Shown: piece after piece, positions 46,670 through 58,627 of the stretch
Position numbering within the stretch: position 1 is the stretch's first letter
Layout: every line of letters begins with the position of its first letter
Source of the DNA: Dongiaceae bacterium
GTDB taxonomy: Bacteria > Pseudomonadota > Alphaproteobacteria > Dongiales > Dongiaceae
Reading direction: 5' to 3'
Assembly: GCA_035699005.1 (NCBI GenBank)
Contig: DASSBF010000095.1
Location: 3,691-67,690 of the forward strand
Length of the DNA: 64,000 nucleotides
The notes under the pieces: model-generated
Database searches by the model: none
The model's input: the letters and a program-made list of their open reading frames with translations, nothing else
Told to the model about the DNA's origin: nothing
Program-made: the position numbers and the translations under genes

Positions 46670-47482
46670 CTAGCGGTCGGTCGCCTGGATGAGTCGCATC
46701 CGGTCGCCCATGAGTTGCACACAAGTCAGCCGGCCGGAAAAGTAGGCGCCGGTATCGATGCCGATCCGGTTGCCGAGCAGTTCGGCCTCGTTGCGGGGCG
46801 TATGGCCGTGGACCACGACCACGCCCTCGTCATGCTCGCCGTCATAGGTCAAGAACGGCCCGCGCACCCACAGCGGGTCCCGATCCTCGTCCAGCCCGCT
46901 CCTCGGGAGCCGCCGCCAATCGCGCTTCAGCGCCGCCAGCCCGAACTGCGGGTGAAGGCCGCCATGGACGAACAGGTATTGCCCCAGCCGGTGGTGGTTG
47001 CCGAGCTTGAACAGCCGCTCGACCCGTTCGATGCCGAGATGGGAAGCCAGGGCCGCGATGAAGCCGTCCGGGTCCGCCGCAGCCTTGCTGTCGGACAGGC
47101 CGAGCTCGCGCGCGACCGCATCCGCCCCGTTGTCCAGCCAGGCCCACAATATCTCGGGCCGCTCGGCGCCCTTGCTCTCCAGGAAGTGCCGCAGGAACTG
47201 TTCGTGGTTTCCGGGCAGGCAGATCGATTCGACCTTCGGGTGCCGGATGCCGTCGAGCACGCGCTTCAGCACGGCCAGTCCGGCCGGCCCGCGATCGACA
47301 TAGTCGCCCAGCGTCACGAGCAGCGCCTGGTCAAGCCCCTCCTCGTCGACGATCCGGAGAATGGCCGCGACCAGCGGCTCGAACAGATCGGCACGCCCGT
47401 GCACGTCGCCGATGGCGAATGCCGGCCGCGATGCCGCCGCCGGCGCCTTCTGCCAGGCCCCAATACCCGTGGTGATTGACAT
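46670..47482 (-). CDS. Metallophosphoesterase (PPP-family Ser/Thr phosphatase-like)
   Basis: IGDVHG, LGDYVDRG, GNHE, FVHGG, HGHTP and IDTGA motifs. Confidence 0.9.
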   Translation of the reverse strand: MSITTGIGAWQKAPAAASRPAFAIGDVHGRADLFEPLVAAILRIVDEEGLDQALLVTLGDYVDRGPAGLAVLKRVLDGIRHPKVESICLPGNHEQFLRHFLESKGAERPEILWAWLDNGADAVARELGLSDSKAAADPDGFIAALASHLGIERVERLFKLGNHHRLGQYLFVHGGLHPQFGLAALKRDWRRLPRSGLDEDRDPLWVRGPFLTYDGEHDEGVVVVHGHTPRNEAELLGNRIGIDTGAYFSGRLTCVQLMGDRMRLIQATDR

Positions 47483-47614
47483 GGCCGCAAGATAATGGCC
47501 GCCGCGCTTGTAGGCAATGCCGACGCGGGCAGCCCCTGCCGTCGCGAGGGAAAGATTTACAGGCGACTCGGGCCGTCCTAGGCTCAGCCGCGAGTCCGGC
47601 AAGGGGAGCGAGCC

Positions 47615-48616
47615 ATGGAGCGCACCGCTTTGGCGGTCGTCGGTTGCGGGTTCTTTGCGCAGAACCACCTGCATGCCTGGACCGACCTGGCTTCGGAAGG
47701 CGCCGACATCGTCGCGGTCTGCGACATCGACGAGGGCAAGGCGCGCGCGACGGCGGACAAGTTCGGCATCCCCCGGTGGTACACCGACGCCGCCACCATG
47801 TTCCGCCAGGAGAAGCTCGGCCTGGTCGACATCGTAACCCGGGTCGAGACCCATCGGGACGTCGTCGGCCAGGCCATCCGCCATCGCATCCCGGCGATCG
47901 TGCAGAAGCCGTTCGGTCCCGACCTCGCGGCGTGCCGCGCCATGGCCGACGCCGCACAGGGTGCAGGACTGTTCCTGGCGGTGCATGAGAATTTCCGCTT
48001 CCAGGTGCCGATGCGGAAGATCGCTGAGCTGCTGCGCGGCGGCGCAATCGGCGCGCCGTCATGGGCGCGGATCAGCTTCCGCACCGGCTACGACATCTAC
48101 AAGGGCCAGCCGTACCTGGCGAAGGAGGAGCGGTTCGTGCTGATCGATCTCGGGGTGCATGTGCTCGACGTGGCGCGCGTGCTGCTGGGCGAGGTGGAGC
48201 ATCTTTCGGCCGAGCTGCAGCGCCGCAACCCCAACGTCAGCGGCGAGGATACCGCAACCATGCTGCTGAGGCACAAGTCCGGGGCGGTCTCGATCGTCGA
48301 ATGCACCTACGAATCGCGCCGGCTGCCCGACGTGTTCCCGGAAACGCTGCTCGAAATCGAAGGTCCGAAAGGCGCAATCGCCCTGAAGGCGGGATCGACC
48401 CTCGAGGTCACCATCGACGGCAAGACCTCGACCCAGGATGCCGACGCACCGGTGCTGCGCTGGGCCGAGCGGCCGTGGCACATCATCCAGGAAAGCGTGC
48501 TTGCCACCTGCGCCCACATGTTGGCTGCAGTGCGTGCCGGCCGCGCCGCGGACACCGCGGCGCTCGACAATGTCCGCACCTTCGCCTTGTGCGAGGCGGC
48601 GTACGAATCCGCCAGT

Positions 48617-48643
<27 letters not shown>
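47615..48643 (+). CDS. Gfo/Idh/MocA oxidoreductase, D-apiose dehydrogenase-like
   Basis: GCGFFA.N..HAW, QKPF, HENFR.Q, GQPYL, FPETL.E and W..RPWH.IQESV segments resemble rhizobial apiose dehydrogenase (from recall). Confidence 0.75.
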
Positions 48644-50140
<1,497 letters not shown>

Positions 50141-50173
50141 GGGAGTACCTCCGGAAATGAAGAATCGTTCGCC

Positions 50174-51247
50174 TCAGCCGTTGGAGCGGCGCAGGCTTTG
50201 CGAAATCAGCTCGCCGGCGGCCTGGTCGTTCGACGGAACGAACCCGGCGCCCGGCAGCGCCGCTTCGCGGAGATGGCATGCGGCAATGTGATTGCCGCCC
50301 CGGTCCTCGAGCAGCGGCCGCTCGACCCGGCAACGGTCCATGACATACGGGCAGCGCGGGTTGAACGGGCAGCCGGCCGGAATAGCGAGCGGGCTCGGCA
50401 GTTCGCCGCGCACGGCGTCGATGGTCGAGCGGCGCGCCGGGTCCAGCTCGGGCGCCGCCCTCAGCAATGCCTCGGTGTACGGGTGGGCCGGCGCACTGAA
50501 CAGTGTCTCGGTCTCCGCCAGCTCGACGATCGACCCCAGGTACATGACCGCCACGCGATGCGAGATGTGCCGGATCAGCCGCAGGTCGTGCGCGATGAAG
50601 AGCACCGTCAGATGCAGCTTCTGCTGCAGCTCCAGCAGCAGGTTGATGATCTGGGCCTGAACCGAAACGTCGAGCGCGGACACCAGCTCGTCGGCGATCA
50701 GGCAATCCGGCTCGACCGCCAGGGCGCGCGCGATGCCGATGCGCTGCCGCTGCCCGCCGCTGAATTCATGGGGGTAGCGGTCGGCCGCGTCGCGCGGCAG
50801 GCGCACCAGGCCCAGCAGCTCGCCGACCCGGTCGGCGACGGCGGCGCCCTCGCGCAGGCGATGGAAGCTGATCGCCTCCTCCAGCATCTGCCGGACCGTC
50901 ATGCGCGGATTGAGCGAGCCGTACGGATCCTGGAACACCATCTGGACCCGGCGGTTGTAGTCGCGGCGCGCCTTTCCCTCCAGCCTCAGCACATCCAGGC
51001 CGGCATAGCCGATCTGTCCCGCGATCGGGGTGTAGAGCCGCACCAGGCAGCGCGCGAGCGTGGACTTGCCGCAACCGGATTCGCCGACGATGCCCAGCGT
51101 CTCGCCGCGCGCCACCGTGAAGCTGACGCCGTTCAGCGCGTGGATGACCTGGAGCGGCTTCCTGCCCAGCCGGTCGAGTATCGAGCGCGGCCGTTTGAAC
51201 GCCATGTGCAGGCCGTCGACCTGCATGATCGGCGCCACATCCTTCAT
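50174..51247 (-). CDS. Oligopeptide/dipeptide ABC ATPase (DppF-like)
   Basis: GESGCGKST, YPHEFSGGQRQR, HPYT and GC.F.PRC motifs. Confidence 0.93.
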   Translation of the reverse strand: MKDVAPIMQVDGLHMAFKRPRSILDRLGRKPLQVIHALNGVSFTVARGETLGIVGESGCGKSTLARCLVRLYTPIAGQIGYAGLDVLRLEGKARRDYNRRVQMVFQDPYGSLNPRMTVRQMLEEAISFHRLREGAAVADRVGELLGLVRLPRDAADRYPHEFSGGQRQRIGIARALAVEPDCLIADELVSALDVSVQAQIINLLLELQQKLHLTVLFIAHDLRLIRHISHRVAVMYLGSIVELAETETLFSAPAHPYTEALLRAAPELDPARRSTIDAVRGELPSPLAIPAGCPFNPRCPYVMDRCRVERPLLEDRGGNHIAACHLREAALPGAGFVPSNDQAAGELISQSLRRSNG

Positions 51248-52227
51248 CGCTGGCCCACCTTGCGGTGCTGGATGCACGCCGTATCGTGCATCGGCGCGAT
51301 GCCGACCAGCGGCGGCTTGGCGGCGCTGCACTCCGCGACGACGAACGAGCAGCGCGGCGCAAAAGCGCAACCCGGCAAGCGCTCCGACAAGGATGGCGGC
51401 TGGCCGCCGATCGAGCTCAAGGGCTCGCGCAGCGCCCCGCCGCGCGGCACGGAATTGAGCAGGCCGAGCGTGTAGGCGTGGCGCGGCTGGGCGAAGATGT
51501 CGGCAACCGGCCCCGCCTCCACCACGCGGCCGGCATACATCACCGCCAGCCGGTCGCAGGTCTGGGCGATGACGCCGAGATCGTGGGTCACCAGCACGAC
51601 GCTCATGTTGAGGTCGCGGCGCAGGCGCAGGATCAGCTTCAGGATCTGGTCCTGGATCGTGACGTCGAGCGCGGTAGTGGGCTCGTCGGCCAGCAGCAGC
51701 TTCGGGTTCGAAGCCAGCGCGATCGCCATCATGGCGCGCTGGCGCATGCCGCCGGAGAACTGGTGCGGATAGTCGTCGATCCGCGATTTCGCCGCCGGGA
51801 TGCCGACCAGGTCGAGCAGTTCGACGGCGCGCGCGCGCCGCGCGGCCGCATCGAGCTCTGTATGTTCCTGGAGATTCTCGAGGATCTGCGTGCCGACGGT
51901 CAGCACCGGATTGAGCGCGCTCATCGGCTCCTGGAAGATCATGGCGATCTCGCCGCCGCGCACACGCCGGACCTCGGGCTCGGCCATGCGCAGGATGTCG
52001 CGGCCGCGCCACAGGACTTCGCCGCTGACGCGCGCCGGCGGCTTCACCAGGCGCAGGATCGAGCGCAGGGTGAGGCTCTTGCCCGAACCGGATTCACCGG
52101 CCAGCCCCACCACCTCGCCGCCATGCACGTCGAAGTCGACGCCGTCGACCGCGACCAGTTCATGGCGCGGCGTGCCGAACGCCACCCCGAGGCCGCGGAC
52201 CGAGAGCAAGGCCTCGCCCTTGCTCAT
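51244..52227 (-). CDS. Oligopeptide/dipeptide ABC ATPase (DppD-like)
   Basis: [30 protein letters not shown] and DEPTTALD motifs. Confidence 0.93.
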   Translation of the reverse strand: MSKGEALLSVRGLGVAFGTPRHELVAVDGVDFDVHGGEVVGLAGESGSGKSLTLRSILRLVKPPARVSGEVLWRGRDILRMAEPEVRRVRGGEIAMIFQEPMSALNPVLTVGTQILENLQEHTELDAAARRARAVELLDLVGIPAAKSRIDDYPHQFSGGMRQRAMMAIALASNPKLLLADEPTTALDVTIQDQILKLILRLRRDLNMSVVLVTHDLGVIAQTCDRLAVMYAGRVVEAGPVADIFAQPRHAYTLGLLNSVPRGGALREPLSSIGGQPPSLSERLPGCAFAPRCSFVVAECSAAKPPLVGIAPMHDTACIQHRKVGQR

Positions 52228-53060
52228 CGCCGCCTCCGGAACAGGTCGGCGAGGCCGTCGCCGACCATGCTGAACGAGACGCCGGCAACCACGATCGCGA
52301 TGCCGGGGAACAGCGACATCCACGAGGCGGTACTCATGAAGTTCTTGCCGTCGGCGATGATGACGCCCCATTCCGCCGTCGGCGGCTGCGCGCCGAGGCC
52401 GAGATAGCCGAGGCTCGACCCCAGCAGGATGGCCTGCGCCATGTCGGTCATCCAATAGACGATGACCGGCGTGATGGAATTCGGCAGCAGGTGGCGGAAG
52501 ATGAGCCGCCGCTCGCTGTAGCCGAGGACGCGCGCCGCGGCGGCATAGTCGCTCTGCCTCTGCACGCGGACTTCCGCCCTCGCCAGTTGGGCATAGAACA
52601 CCCAGCCAATCACGCTGACCGCGATGTACATGTTGAGCAGGCCGGGTCCGAGCACCGCAACGATCGCGATCACGATCACCAGGAACGGAAAGGTGATGGT
52701 GAGGTCCACCAGACGCCCGAACACAGCGTCCAGCCAGCCGCCGTAATAGCCCGTCAATGTCCCGATCAGCGTGCCGAACACCAGCGGAAACGAGGTCGCG
52801 AAGATCGCGATCTGGATGTCGATGCGGGTCGCCCAGATCACGCGGGAGAGGACATCCCGGCCGAGATTGTCGGTGCCGAACAGGTGTACCGCGCTCGGCG
52901 GTTGCATGATCGCGTTGTAGTCCATGGCCAGCGGATCGTACGGCGCGAAGGGTTGAGGAAAGATCGCGACCAGGACCAGCAGACCGAGCAGCGTCGCCCC
53001 GACCGCCAGCGTCCAGCGCGGACCGATCGCGCGGCCGATGCTGAGGCTGGCGATGCTCAC
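52224..53060 (-). CDS. Peptide ABC permease (DppC-like)
   Basis: HLFGTD.LGRD, RHLLPN and LGLGAQPP..EWG motifs. Confidence 0.93.
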   Translation of the reverse strand: MSIASLSIGRAIGPRWTLAVGATLLGLLVLVAIFPQPFAPYDPLAMDYNAIMQPPSAVHLFGTDNLGRDVLSRVIWATRIDIQIAIFATSFPLVFGTLIGTLTGYYGGWLDAVFGRLVDLTITFPFLVIVIAIVAVLGPGLLNMYIAVSVIGWVFYAQLARAEVRVQRQSDYAAAARVLGYSERRLIFRHLLPNSITPVIVYWMTDMAQAILLGSSLGYLGLGAQPPTAEWGVIIADGKNFMSTASWMSLFPGIAIVVAGVSFSMVGDGLADLFRRRR

Positions 53061-53995
53061 CGGTGGCTCACCCGCGGATCGATCCAGGCCTGCACCAGAT
53101 CGGTGGCGAGGAACACCAGCGACACCAGCACGGCCAGGACAAGCGTCAATCCCTGGATCACCGGATAGTCGCGGCCATAGATCGAATCGATCAGCAGACG
53201 TCCGATGCCTGGGATGGCGAAGACGGATTCGGTGATCACGGCGCCGCCGAACAGGGTGCCGATGTTGAGCCCGAACAGCGCGACCGTCGAGGTCAGCGCG
53301 TTGCGCAGCACATGGCGGCCGAGCACGAGGCGGTTGCGCAGCCCCTTGGCACGCGCGAAGTCGACATACTCAGCGTCGAGCACATCGATGATGCTGCTGC
53401 GCAGGTTGCGCATCAGCACCGCCGACAGGCTGAGCGCCAGCGTGAGCGCGGGCAGGAACAGGTGATAGATGTCCTCGCCAAAGGAATGGCCGAAGCCGCC
53501 GACCGGGAACCAGCGCAGCTTCGCCGCCAGAAAGGTCAGCAGTACGATGCCGATGTAGAACACCGGCATGGAAAGACCGACCTGGAAACCGGCGCGGATG
53601 CCATTGTCGACCAAGGTGTCGCGCCGGACCGCGGCCAGCAGCGCCATGGGCACGGCAAGCACGACCGCGAGCAGCGCGGCGAAGACGGTCAGGAACAAGG
53701 TGACGGGCAGCCGCTCCAGCACCAGGCTCATCACCGGCACTTTCAGGTTGATCGAATCGCCGAAATCGCCACGCAGAAAATGCTCGAAGAACAACCCGAA
53801 CTGGACCGGGATGGAGCGGTCGAGGCCGAGCTCGGCGTTGATCCGGGCGACCGCCTCGTTGGAGGCGTGGATGCCGAGAATGGCGCTGGTCGGATCGCCC
53901 GGCAGCAGGCGCACCAGGACGAATATGACCACCATGATGAGAAAGAAGGTTGGCACGATCTGCGCCAACCTTATCACCACATAGTTCAGGCTCAC
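53057..53995 (-). CDS. Peptide ABC permease (DppB-like)
   Basis: LPGDP, GDFG.S, ARAKGL, RHVLRNA and RDYPVIQ motifs. Confidence 0.93.
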   Translation of the reverse strand: MSLNYVVIRLAQIVPTFFLIMVVIFVLVRLLPGDPTSAILGIHASNEAVARINAELGLDRSIPVQFGLFFEHFLRGDFGDSINLKVPVMSLVLERLPVTLFLTVFAALLAVVLAVPMALLAAVRRDTLVDNGIRAGFQVGLSMPVFYIGIVLLTFLAAKLRWFPVGGFGHSFGEDIYHLFLPALTLALSLSAVLMRNLRSSIIDVLDAEYVDFARAKGLRNRLVLGRHVLRNALTSTVALFGLNIGTLFGGAVITESVFAIPGIGRLLIDSIYGRDYPVIQGLTLVLAVLVSLVFLATDLVQAWIDPRVSHR

Positions 53996-54048
53996 GCTTC
54001 CTCTCGGCTTGGCTCGGCGGACATGAGGCTGACTGCCGGCTCAGAGCG

Positions 54049-54077
54049 GGCGCGGGCCGTCGCGACCGGCCCGCGCC
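54049..54077 (-). terminator. GC-rich hairpin after the peptide binding-protein gene (likely mRNA stabiliser)
   Basis: GGCGCGGGCCG / CGGCCCGCGCC perfect 11-bp stem. Confidence 0.55.
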
Positions 54078-54087
54078 GCCTCAGCAC

Positions 54088-55668
54088 TCATTTTTCCACA
54101 TAGGCGCCCGAAAAGATGTTGTTGCCAAGCGGAATCTTGTTTAACCCCTTCACCTGCTTGCGCAGGGCCACGGGATACGGCGATTCATAGAGGAACATGA
54201 TTGGCGCGGATTCGATGTACGTCTGCTGGATCTCCTTGTACATCTCGGCCCGTTTCGTCTTGTCTACTTCCTTCTGCGATGCCTCGAACAGTGCATCGAC
54301 CTTCTTGTCCTCCCAGCCGCCATGCAGGGATTCTATGTTCGGAAAGTAGGCGAAATAGGACGTGATTTCGCTGGGGTCGGCGATGTCGTCGGTCCAGGCC
54401 GCTACCCGCATCTGGAAATCGGCCGCCCGATAACGCGCTGTCCGAGTGGCGTTGTCGAGATACTCGACGTTCAGCTTGACGCCGACCTGTGCCCACATCG
54501 CCTGAACTGTCGACAGGATTGCGGTTTCATCGGCATTGCCTGCCAGCCCCATGCAACTGACCTCGGTGCCCTCTGCCACTCCGGCTTCCTTGAGCAGAGC
54601 CTTGGCCTTTTCCAGGTCGTAGGGATAGACCGGCCCATTGTTGACAGCCATCGGCGTCGCGGACGACATGAAGGAGACCATCGGTTTTCCGACGTCGTGA
54701 GTCACGACCTTGATCACCGCCTTCTTGTCGATGGCATAGTTCAAGGCCTGCCGCACTTTCGGATCGGCAAGAACGTTCGGCTTGCCGTCCTTGAGAGTCG
54801 GCCGGACGTTGACCGTCAGATACTGCACTCTGGTCGATGGAAAGAGGATCATATCCAGGTTCGGATCATTCTTGAGCTCTGCGACCCTGGTGTAGGGGAT
54901 GAATTCGGCACCGTCGACCTCGCCCGCCTGAAGCTTCAGGATTCGAGTAGCATCGTCCGGAATGACCACGAATCGGACTTCATCGAGATAGGGCAGCGGC
55001 TTTCCGTCCTCGCCCATCTGCCAGTAGTAGGGATTGCGCTTGATGACCATCTCGGTCCCGCGCTGCCAGGAATCGAACATGAAGGGACCGGACCCGATCG
55101 GGTGCTCGGCGAACGCCTTCGCCTTCTCTTCCTCGGTCGCCCCGGGCGTGGCCTCGTACAGCTTTTGCGGCATGATCGCCGAGTTGAAGGTCGCGAGTGC
55201 CGAAGCCAGGGTTGGATCGGGGTGTTTGAGATGCAGGATGATCGTGTCGCTCCCACCTACTTCAACACTGTCGATTCCTTCGAGAGTGAAGCCCCAGATG
55301 TGATTCTCAGGATTGCGCGCACGATCGAGCGACCATTTGACATCGTCGGCCGTAATCGGCGAGCCGTCCGAGAACTTGGTGCCCTGCCGAAGCTTCAACG
55401 TGAACGTCATGCCGTCGTCGGACACCGAATACCCGGTCGCGAGGCCCGGCTGGACGTCCTTGCCGTCGGCGGTCGGCTGCAAGAGCGTGTCGTAGAGGTT
55501 GGTCAGGATCCAGATATCGACGTTGGCGTCGTTGAATACCGGATCCAGGAGCAAGGAATCGGCATAGCGCGCGTAAGTCAGGGTGCCGCCGCGCGTGACC
55601 GCTTCCGCCGTGCCGGCGAGCCCGACCAGCAGTCCAAACGCCAAAAGCACTCGAAGCCACCGAGTCAT
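54088..55668 (-). CDS. Family 5 (DppA/OppA-like) ABC substrate-binding protein
   Basis: Signal peptide; LR.G.KFSDG.PITA.DV, PIGSGPF, VRQALNYAID and YDLEKAK.LL motifs. Confidence 0.93.
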   Translation of the reverse strand: MTRWLRVLLAFGLLVGLAGTAEAVTRGGTLTYARYADSLLLDPVFNDANVDIWILTNLYDTLLQPTADGKDVQPGLATGYSVSDDGMTFTLKLRQGTKFSDGSPITADDVKWSLDRARNPENHIWGFTLEGIDSVEVGGSDTIILHLKHPDPTLASALATFNSAIMPQKLYEATPGATEEEKAKAFAEHPIGSGPFMFDSWQRGTEMVIKRNPYYWQMGEDGKPLPYLDEVRFVVIPDDATRILKLQAGEVDGAEFIPYTRVAELKNDPNLDMILFPSTRVQYLTVNVRPTLKDGKPNVLADPKVRQALNYAIDKKAVIKVVTHDVGKPMVSFMSSATPMAVNNGPVYPYDLEKAKALLKEAGVAEGTEVSCMGLAGNADETAILSTVQAMWAQVGVKLNVEYLDNATRTARYRAADFQMRVAAWTDDIADPSEITSYFAYFPNIESLHGGWEDKKVDALFEASQKEVDKTKRAEMYKEIQQTYIESAPIMFLYESPYPVALRKQVKGLNKIPLGNNIFSGAYVEK

Positions 55669-55708
55669 GAGAACTCCTCCCTGTGAAGAGATTGTGCCGG
55701 ATTCTTAT

Positions 55709-55728
55709 TGTTCTAGTGGACTATGACA
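55709..55728. promoter_or_regulatory. GntR/YtrA-type operator 1 (upstream of the dppA-like gene)
   Basis: TGTTCTA-GTGGAC-TATGACA = TGTnnTA-N6-TAnnACA. Confidence 0.7.
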
Positions 55729-55851
55729 CCACGAAGGCCTTCGGCCTGTCAAGCGGACGCCCCATCCTTCCCCAGCGATCGGACCTGCGGCGGATGGTCG
55801 ACGCAGAATGGCGCGGAACGCGGGAAGTGCAGTTGATCCGGCAATGCAAAC

Positions 55852-55871
55852 TGTTATAGCATCTTAGGACA
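55852..55871. promoter_or_regulatory. GntR/YtrA-type operator 2 (upstream of gntR)
   Basis: TGTTATA-GCATCT-TAGGACA, same dyad and spacing as operator 1. Confidence 0.7.
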
Positions 55872-55891
55872 CAACTCGAGCCATCGCCTTG

Positions 55892-56902
55892 ATGCCCTTC
55901 AATATCGATCCGGATCTGCCGGTGCCGCTCGGGGTCCAGCTCCGCGGGGTGATCGAATACGGCATCGTGTGCGGCCAGCTGCCGGCCGGCCTGCGCCTGC
56001 CGCCGGTCCGGGCGATGGCAAGTCAGCTCAACATCGCGCCGATGACGGTGAGCCAGGTCTACAAGGAGCTCAAGCACGCCGGGCTGCTTGAGACCAAGCC
56101 TGGCCACGGCACCTTCGTCAGCGCCTCCATCCCCGACCAGGTCCGGCCGGCGATCCTGGATCTGCAGCTGCGCATCGACCAGCTCCTGCATGACGCCACC
56201 GCTGCCGGCCTGTCCAGCGCCGAGCTGGTCGCGCTGATCAATGCCCGCATCAACCGGCGCGCCGTCGCACGCGAGGGCTTGCGCCTGGTCTTCGTCGGCC
56301 TGTTCGAGGAGGCGACCAAGGCCTACGCCGCCGACATCCAGGCCAGGCTGCCGGACAGCGACGTGATCACGACCACGACCATGAGCGAGGTCGCCACCAA
56401 TGACCTGGCGCGCCAACGGGCGATCAACGGCGATCTCGTCCTCACGCTCGCAAACCGCAAGGCGGAGGTGGCGGAGATGTTGGGGCCGAAAACCCGCATT
56501 CTCGGCATCAACTACATCCCGTCGGAGCGCACGCGTACCCTGCTCGCCCAGATCGACCCACTGGCGCGTGTTTGCATCGTCTCCACCTTCCCCGAGTTCC
56601 TGCCGATCATGAAGGCCGGGGTGCAGCGCTTCGCGCCGCATGTGCAGAGCATCAAGGCAACCGTGCTGGATGCGCCGGATCTCAAAGAGACGCTGGCGCC
56701 GATGAACGTGGTTGTGCTGGCCACCGGCTCCGAGCGGGCGGTGCGGCTGCTGAAGCGCAGCACCGCGCATTTCGAGTACCGCCATACGCCCGACCCCTGC
56801 GAGATCGACCAGGTGCTGCTGCCGATGCTCGAATCCATTCGCGGCACATTCCCGGCCAATGCCGAGCCGGCTCCATCCCTGAGGAGATCCCATGAGAATT
56901 AA
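55892..56902 (+). CDS. GntR-family regulator: YtrA-like HTH with a long C-terminal extension
   Basis: ID...PVP...QL, LPPVRAMA.QL.I.P.TV..VY.EL and G.GTFV motifs; YtrA-like helical segment followed by about 210 further residues. Confidence 0.88.
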   Translation: MPFNIDPDLPVPLGVQLRGVIEYGIVCGQLPAGLRLPPVRAMASQLNIAPMTVSQVYKELKHAGLLETKPGHGTFVSASIPDQVRPAILDLQLRIDQLLHDATAAGLSSAELVALINARINRRAVAREGLRLVFVGLFEEATKAYAADIQARLPDSDVITTTTMSEVATNDLARQRAINGDLVLTLANRKAEVAEMLGPKTRILGINYIPSERTRTLLAQIDPLARVCIVSTFPEFLPIMKAGVQRFAPHVQSIKATVLDAPDLKETLAPMNVVVLATGSERAVRLLKRSTAHFEYRHTPDPCEIDQVLLPMLESIRGTFPANAEPAPSLRRSHEN

Positions 56903-57593
56903 GGACATGAACTGGATGCAGGTGGAAACGTACCTGAAGCGCGACGACCGCGCCGTCCTGCCGATCGGCAGCACGGAGCAGCACGCGCAGCTCAGCCTGA
57001 TGGTGGATTGCATCCTCTCCGAGCGCGTCGCCGTGGACGCGGCCGAGCCGCTCGGCGTGCCGGTCTTTCCGCCGGTCAACTACGGCATCACCCCTTACTT
57101 CCGCGCGTTTCCGGGCACCATCTCGCTGCGCATGCAGACCTTCCTCGGCATCATCGAGGACATCCTCGACTGCATGAAGGAGCAGGGCTTCAAGCGCATC
57201 CTCATCGTCAACGGGCACGGTGGCAATTCGCCGGCGCAGACCCTGGCGCAGGAATGGATGACCGACAATACCGGCGTGCGCATCAAGTTCCACAACTGGT
57301 GGAACGCGCCCAAGACCTGGGCCAAGGTGAAGGAGATCGACCCGGTCGCCTCGCACGCCTCCTGGATGGAGAACTTCACCTGGACGCGGCTGGCCGGCGT
57401 CACGCCACCGAGCCAGCAGAAGCCGATGATCGATTTTGACCGGATGCGCGGATCGAGTGCGCAGGAGATCCGCGTCCAGCTCGGCGACGGCAATTTCGGC
57501 GGCTACTACGAGAAGTCCGACGCCGACATGGCGGCGCTGTGGGCGGTCGCCGTCGAGGAGACACGCGCCCTCATCGACACTAGATGGGAATGA
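56892..57593 (+). CDS. Creatininase-family amidohydrolase
   Basis: LPIGSTEQH, D..L, FPGTISL, VNGHGGN and HA...E motifs. Confidence 0.9.
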   Translation: MRIKDMNWMQVETYLKRDDRAVLPIGSTEQHAQLSLMVDCILSERVAVDAAEPLGVPVFPPVNYGITPYFRAFPGTISLRMQTFLGIIEDILDCMKEQGFKRILIVNGHGGNSPAQTLAQEWMTDNTGVRIKFHNWWNAPKTWAKVKEIDPVASHASWMENFTWTRLAGVTPPSQQKPMIDFDRMRGSSAQEIRVQLGDGNFGGYYEKSDADMAALWAVAVEETRALIDTRWE

Positions 57594-58627
57594 CCGACGA
57601 CACGATCCTGATCTGGGGCGCCGGCGCGATCGGCGGAACGGTCGGCGCCTATCTGCGGCGCGCCGGGTTGCCCGTGCTGTTCGTCGACCGCAGCGCGGAG
57701 CATGTGGCCGCGATGAAGCAGTCGGGGCTGCAGATCACCGGCCCGATTGAGGAGTTCCGGATATCGGCGCCCGCCAGCCTGCCGGAGAACGTCTCTGGCC
57801 GCTACAAGCTGGCGTTCCTGTGCGTGAAGGCGCACGACACCGAGGGCGCGATCGAGGTGCTGGCGCCGTTCGTCGCCGAGGATGGCTGCGTGGTGTCGCT
57901 GCAGAACGGCCTCAACGAGCAGGTGATCGCCCGGCGCGTCGGCGAGCAGCGCACCATCGGCGCCTTCGTCAATTTCGGCGCGGACTACCTGTCGCCCGGA
58001 AACGTGACCTATGCCGGACACGGCGCGGTCGTAGTGGGCGAGCTGGACGGCGGCACAACGCCGCGCATCCGGGAAATCCACCGCCTGATGCAGACGTTCG
58101 ACAGGAAGGCGATGCTGACGCCGAACATCTGGGGCTTCCTGTGGAGCAAGCTGGCCTATGGCGCGCTGCTGTTCGCAACCGCGCTCACCAACGAATCGAT
58201 CGCCGACTGCCTGGCCGAGGCGAAGTACCGCCCTGTGCTGATCGCATTGACGCGCGAGGTGGTCGCGGTCGCGACCGCGGCGAAGATCAAGCTGGAACCG
58301 TTCGACGGGTTCGATCCGCGCGCCTTCCTGCCCGGTTCCGGCGCAGCGGCGGAAGTGTCGCTGGATGCGCTGGTTGCCCACAACCGGCGCTCCGCCAAGA
58401 GCCACAGCGGCATCTGGCGCGACCTCGCAATCCGCAAGCGCAAGACCGAAGTCGAAGCCCAGCTCGGTCCCATTTCCGTTACGGCGGAGAAGCTCGGGAT
58501 GAAAGCGCCGCTGACCCGCCGCACCGCCGACCTCATCCACGACATCGAGGATGGCCGCCGGCCGCTGTCCTGGGACACGCTGGCCGAGCTCGCCAAGGCG
58601 CTGCCGCAAGCAGCAGCCGCATCGTGA
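57590..58627 (+). CDS. Ketopantoate reductase (ApbA)-family oxidoreductase
   Basis: GAGAIGG, CVKA, SLQNGL, W.KL and KTEV motifs; ATGA overlap with the upstream gene. Confidence 0.85.
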   Translation: MTDDTILIWGAGAIGGTVGAYLRRAGLPVLFVDRSAEHVAAMKQSGLQITGPIEEFRISAPASLPENVSGRYKLAFLCVKAHDTEGAIEVLAPFVAEDGCVVSLQNGLNEQVIARRVGEQRTIGAFVNFGADYLSPGNVTYAGHGAVVVGELDGGTTPRIREIHRLMQTFDRKAMLTPNIWGFLWSKLAYGALLFATALTNESIADCLAEAKYRPVLIALTREVVAVATAAKIKLEPFDGFDPRAFLPGSGAAAEVSLDALVAHNRRSAKSHSGIWRDLAIRKRKTEVEAQLGPISVTAEKLGMKAPLTRRTADLIHDIEDGRRPLSWDTLAELAKALPQAAAAS

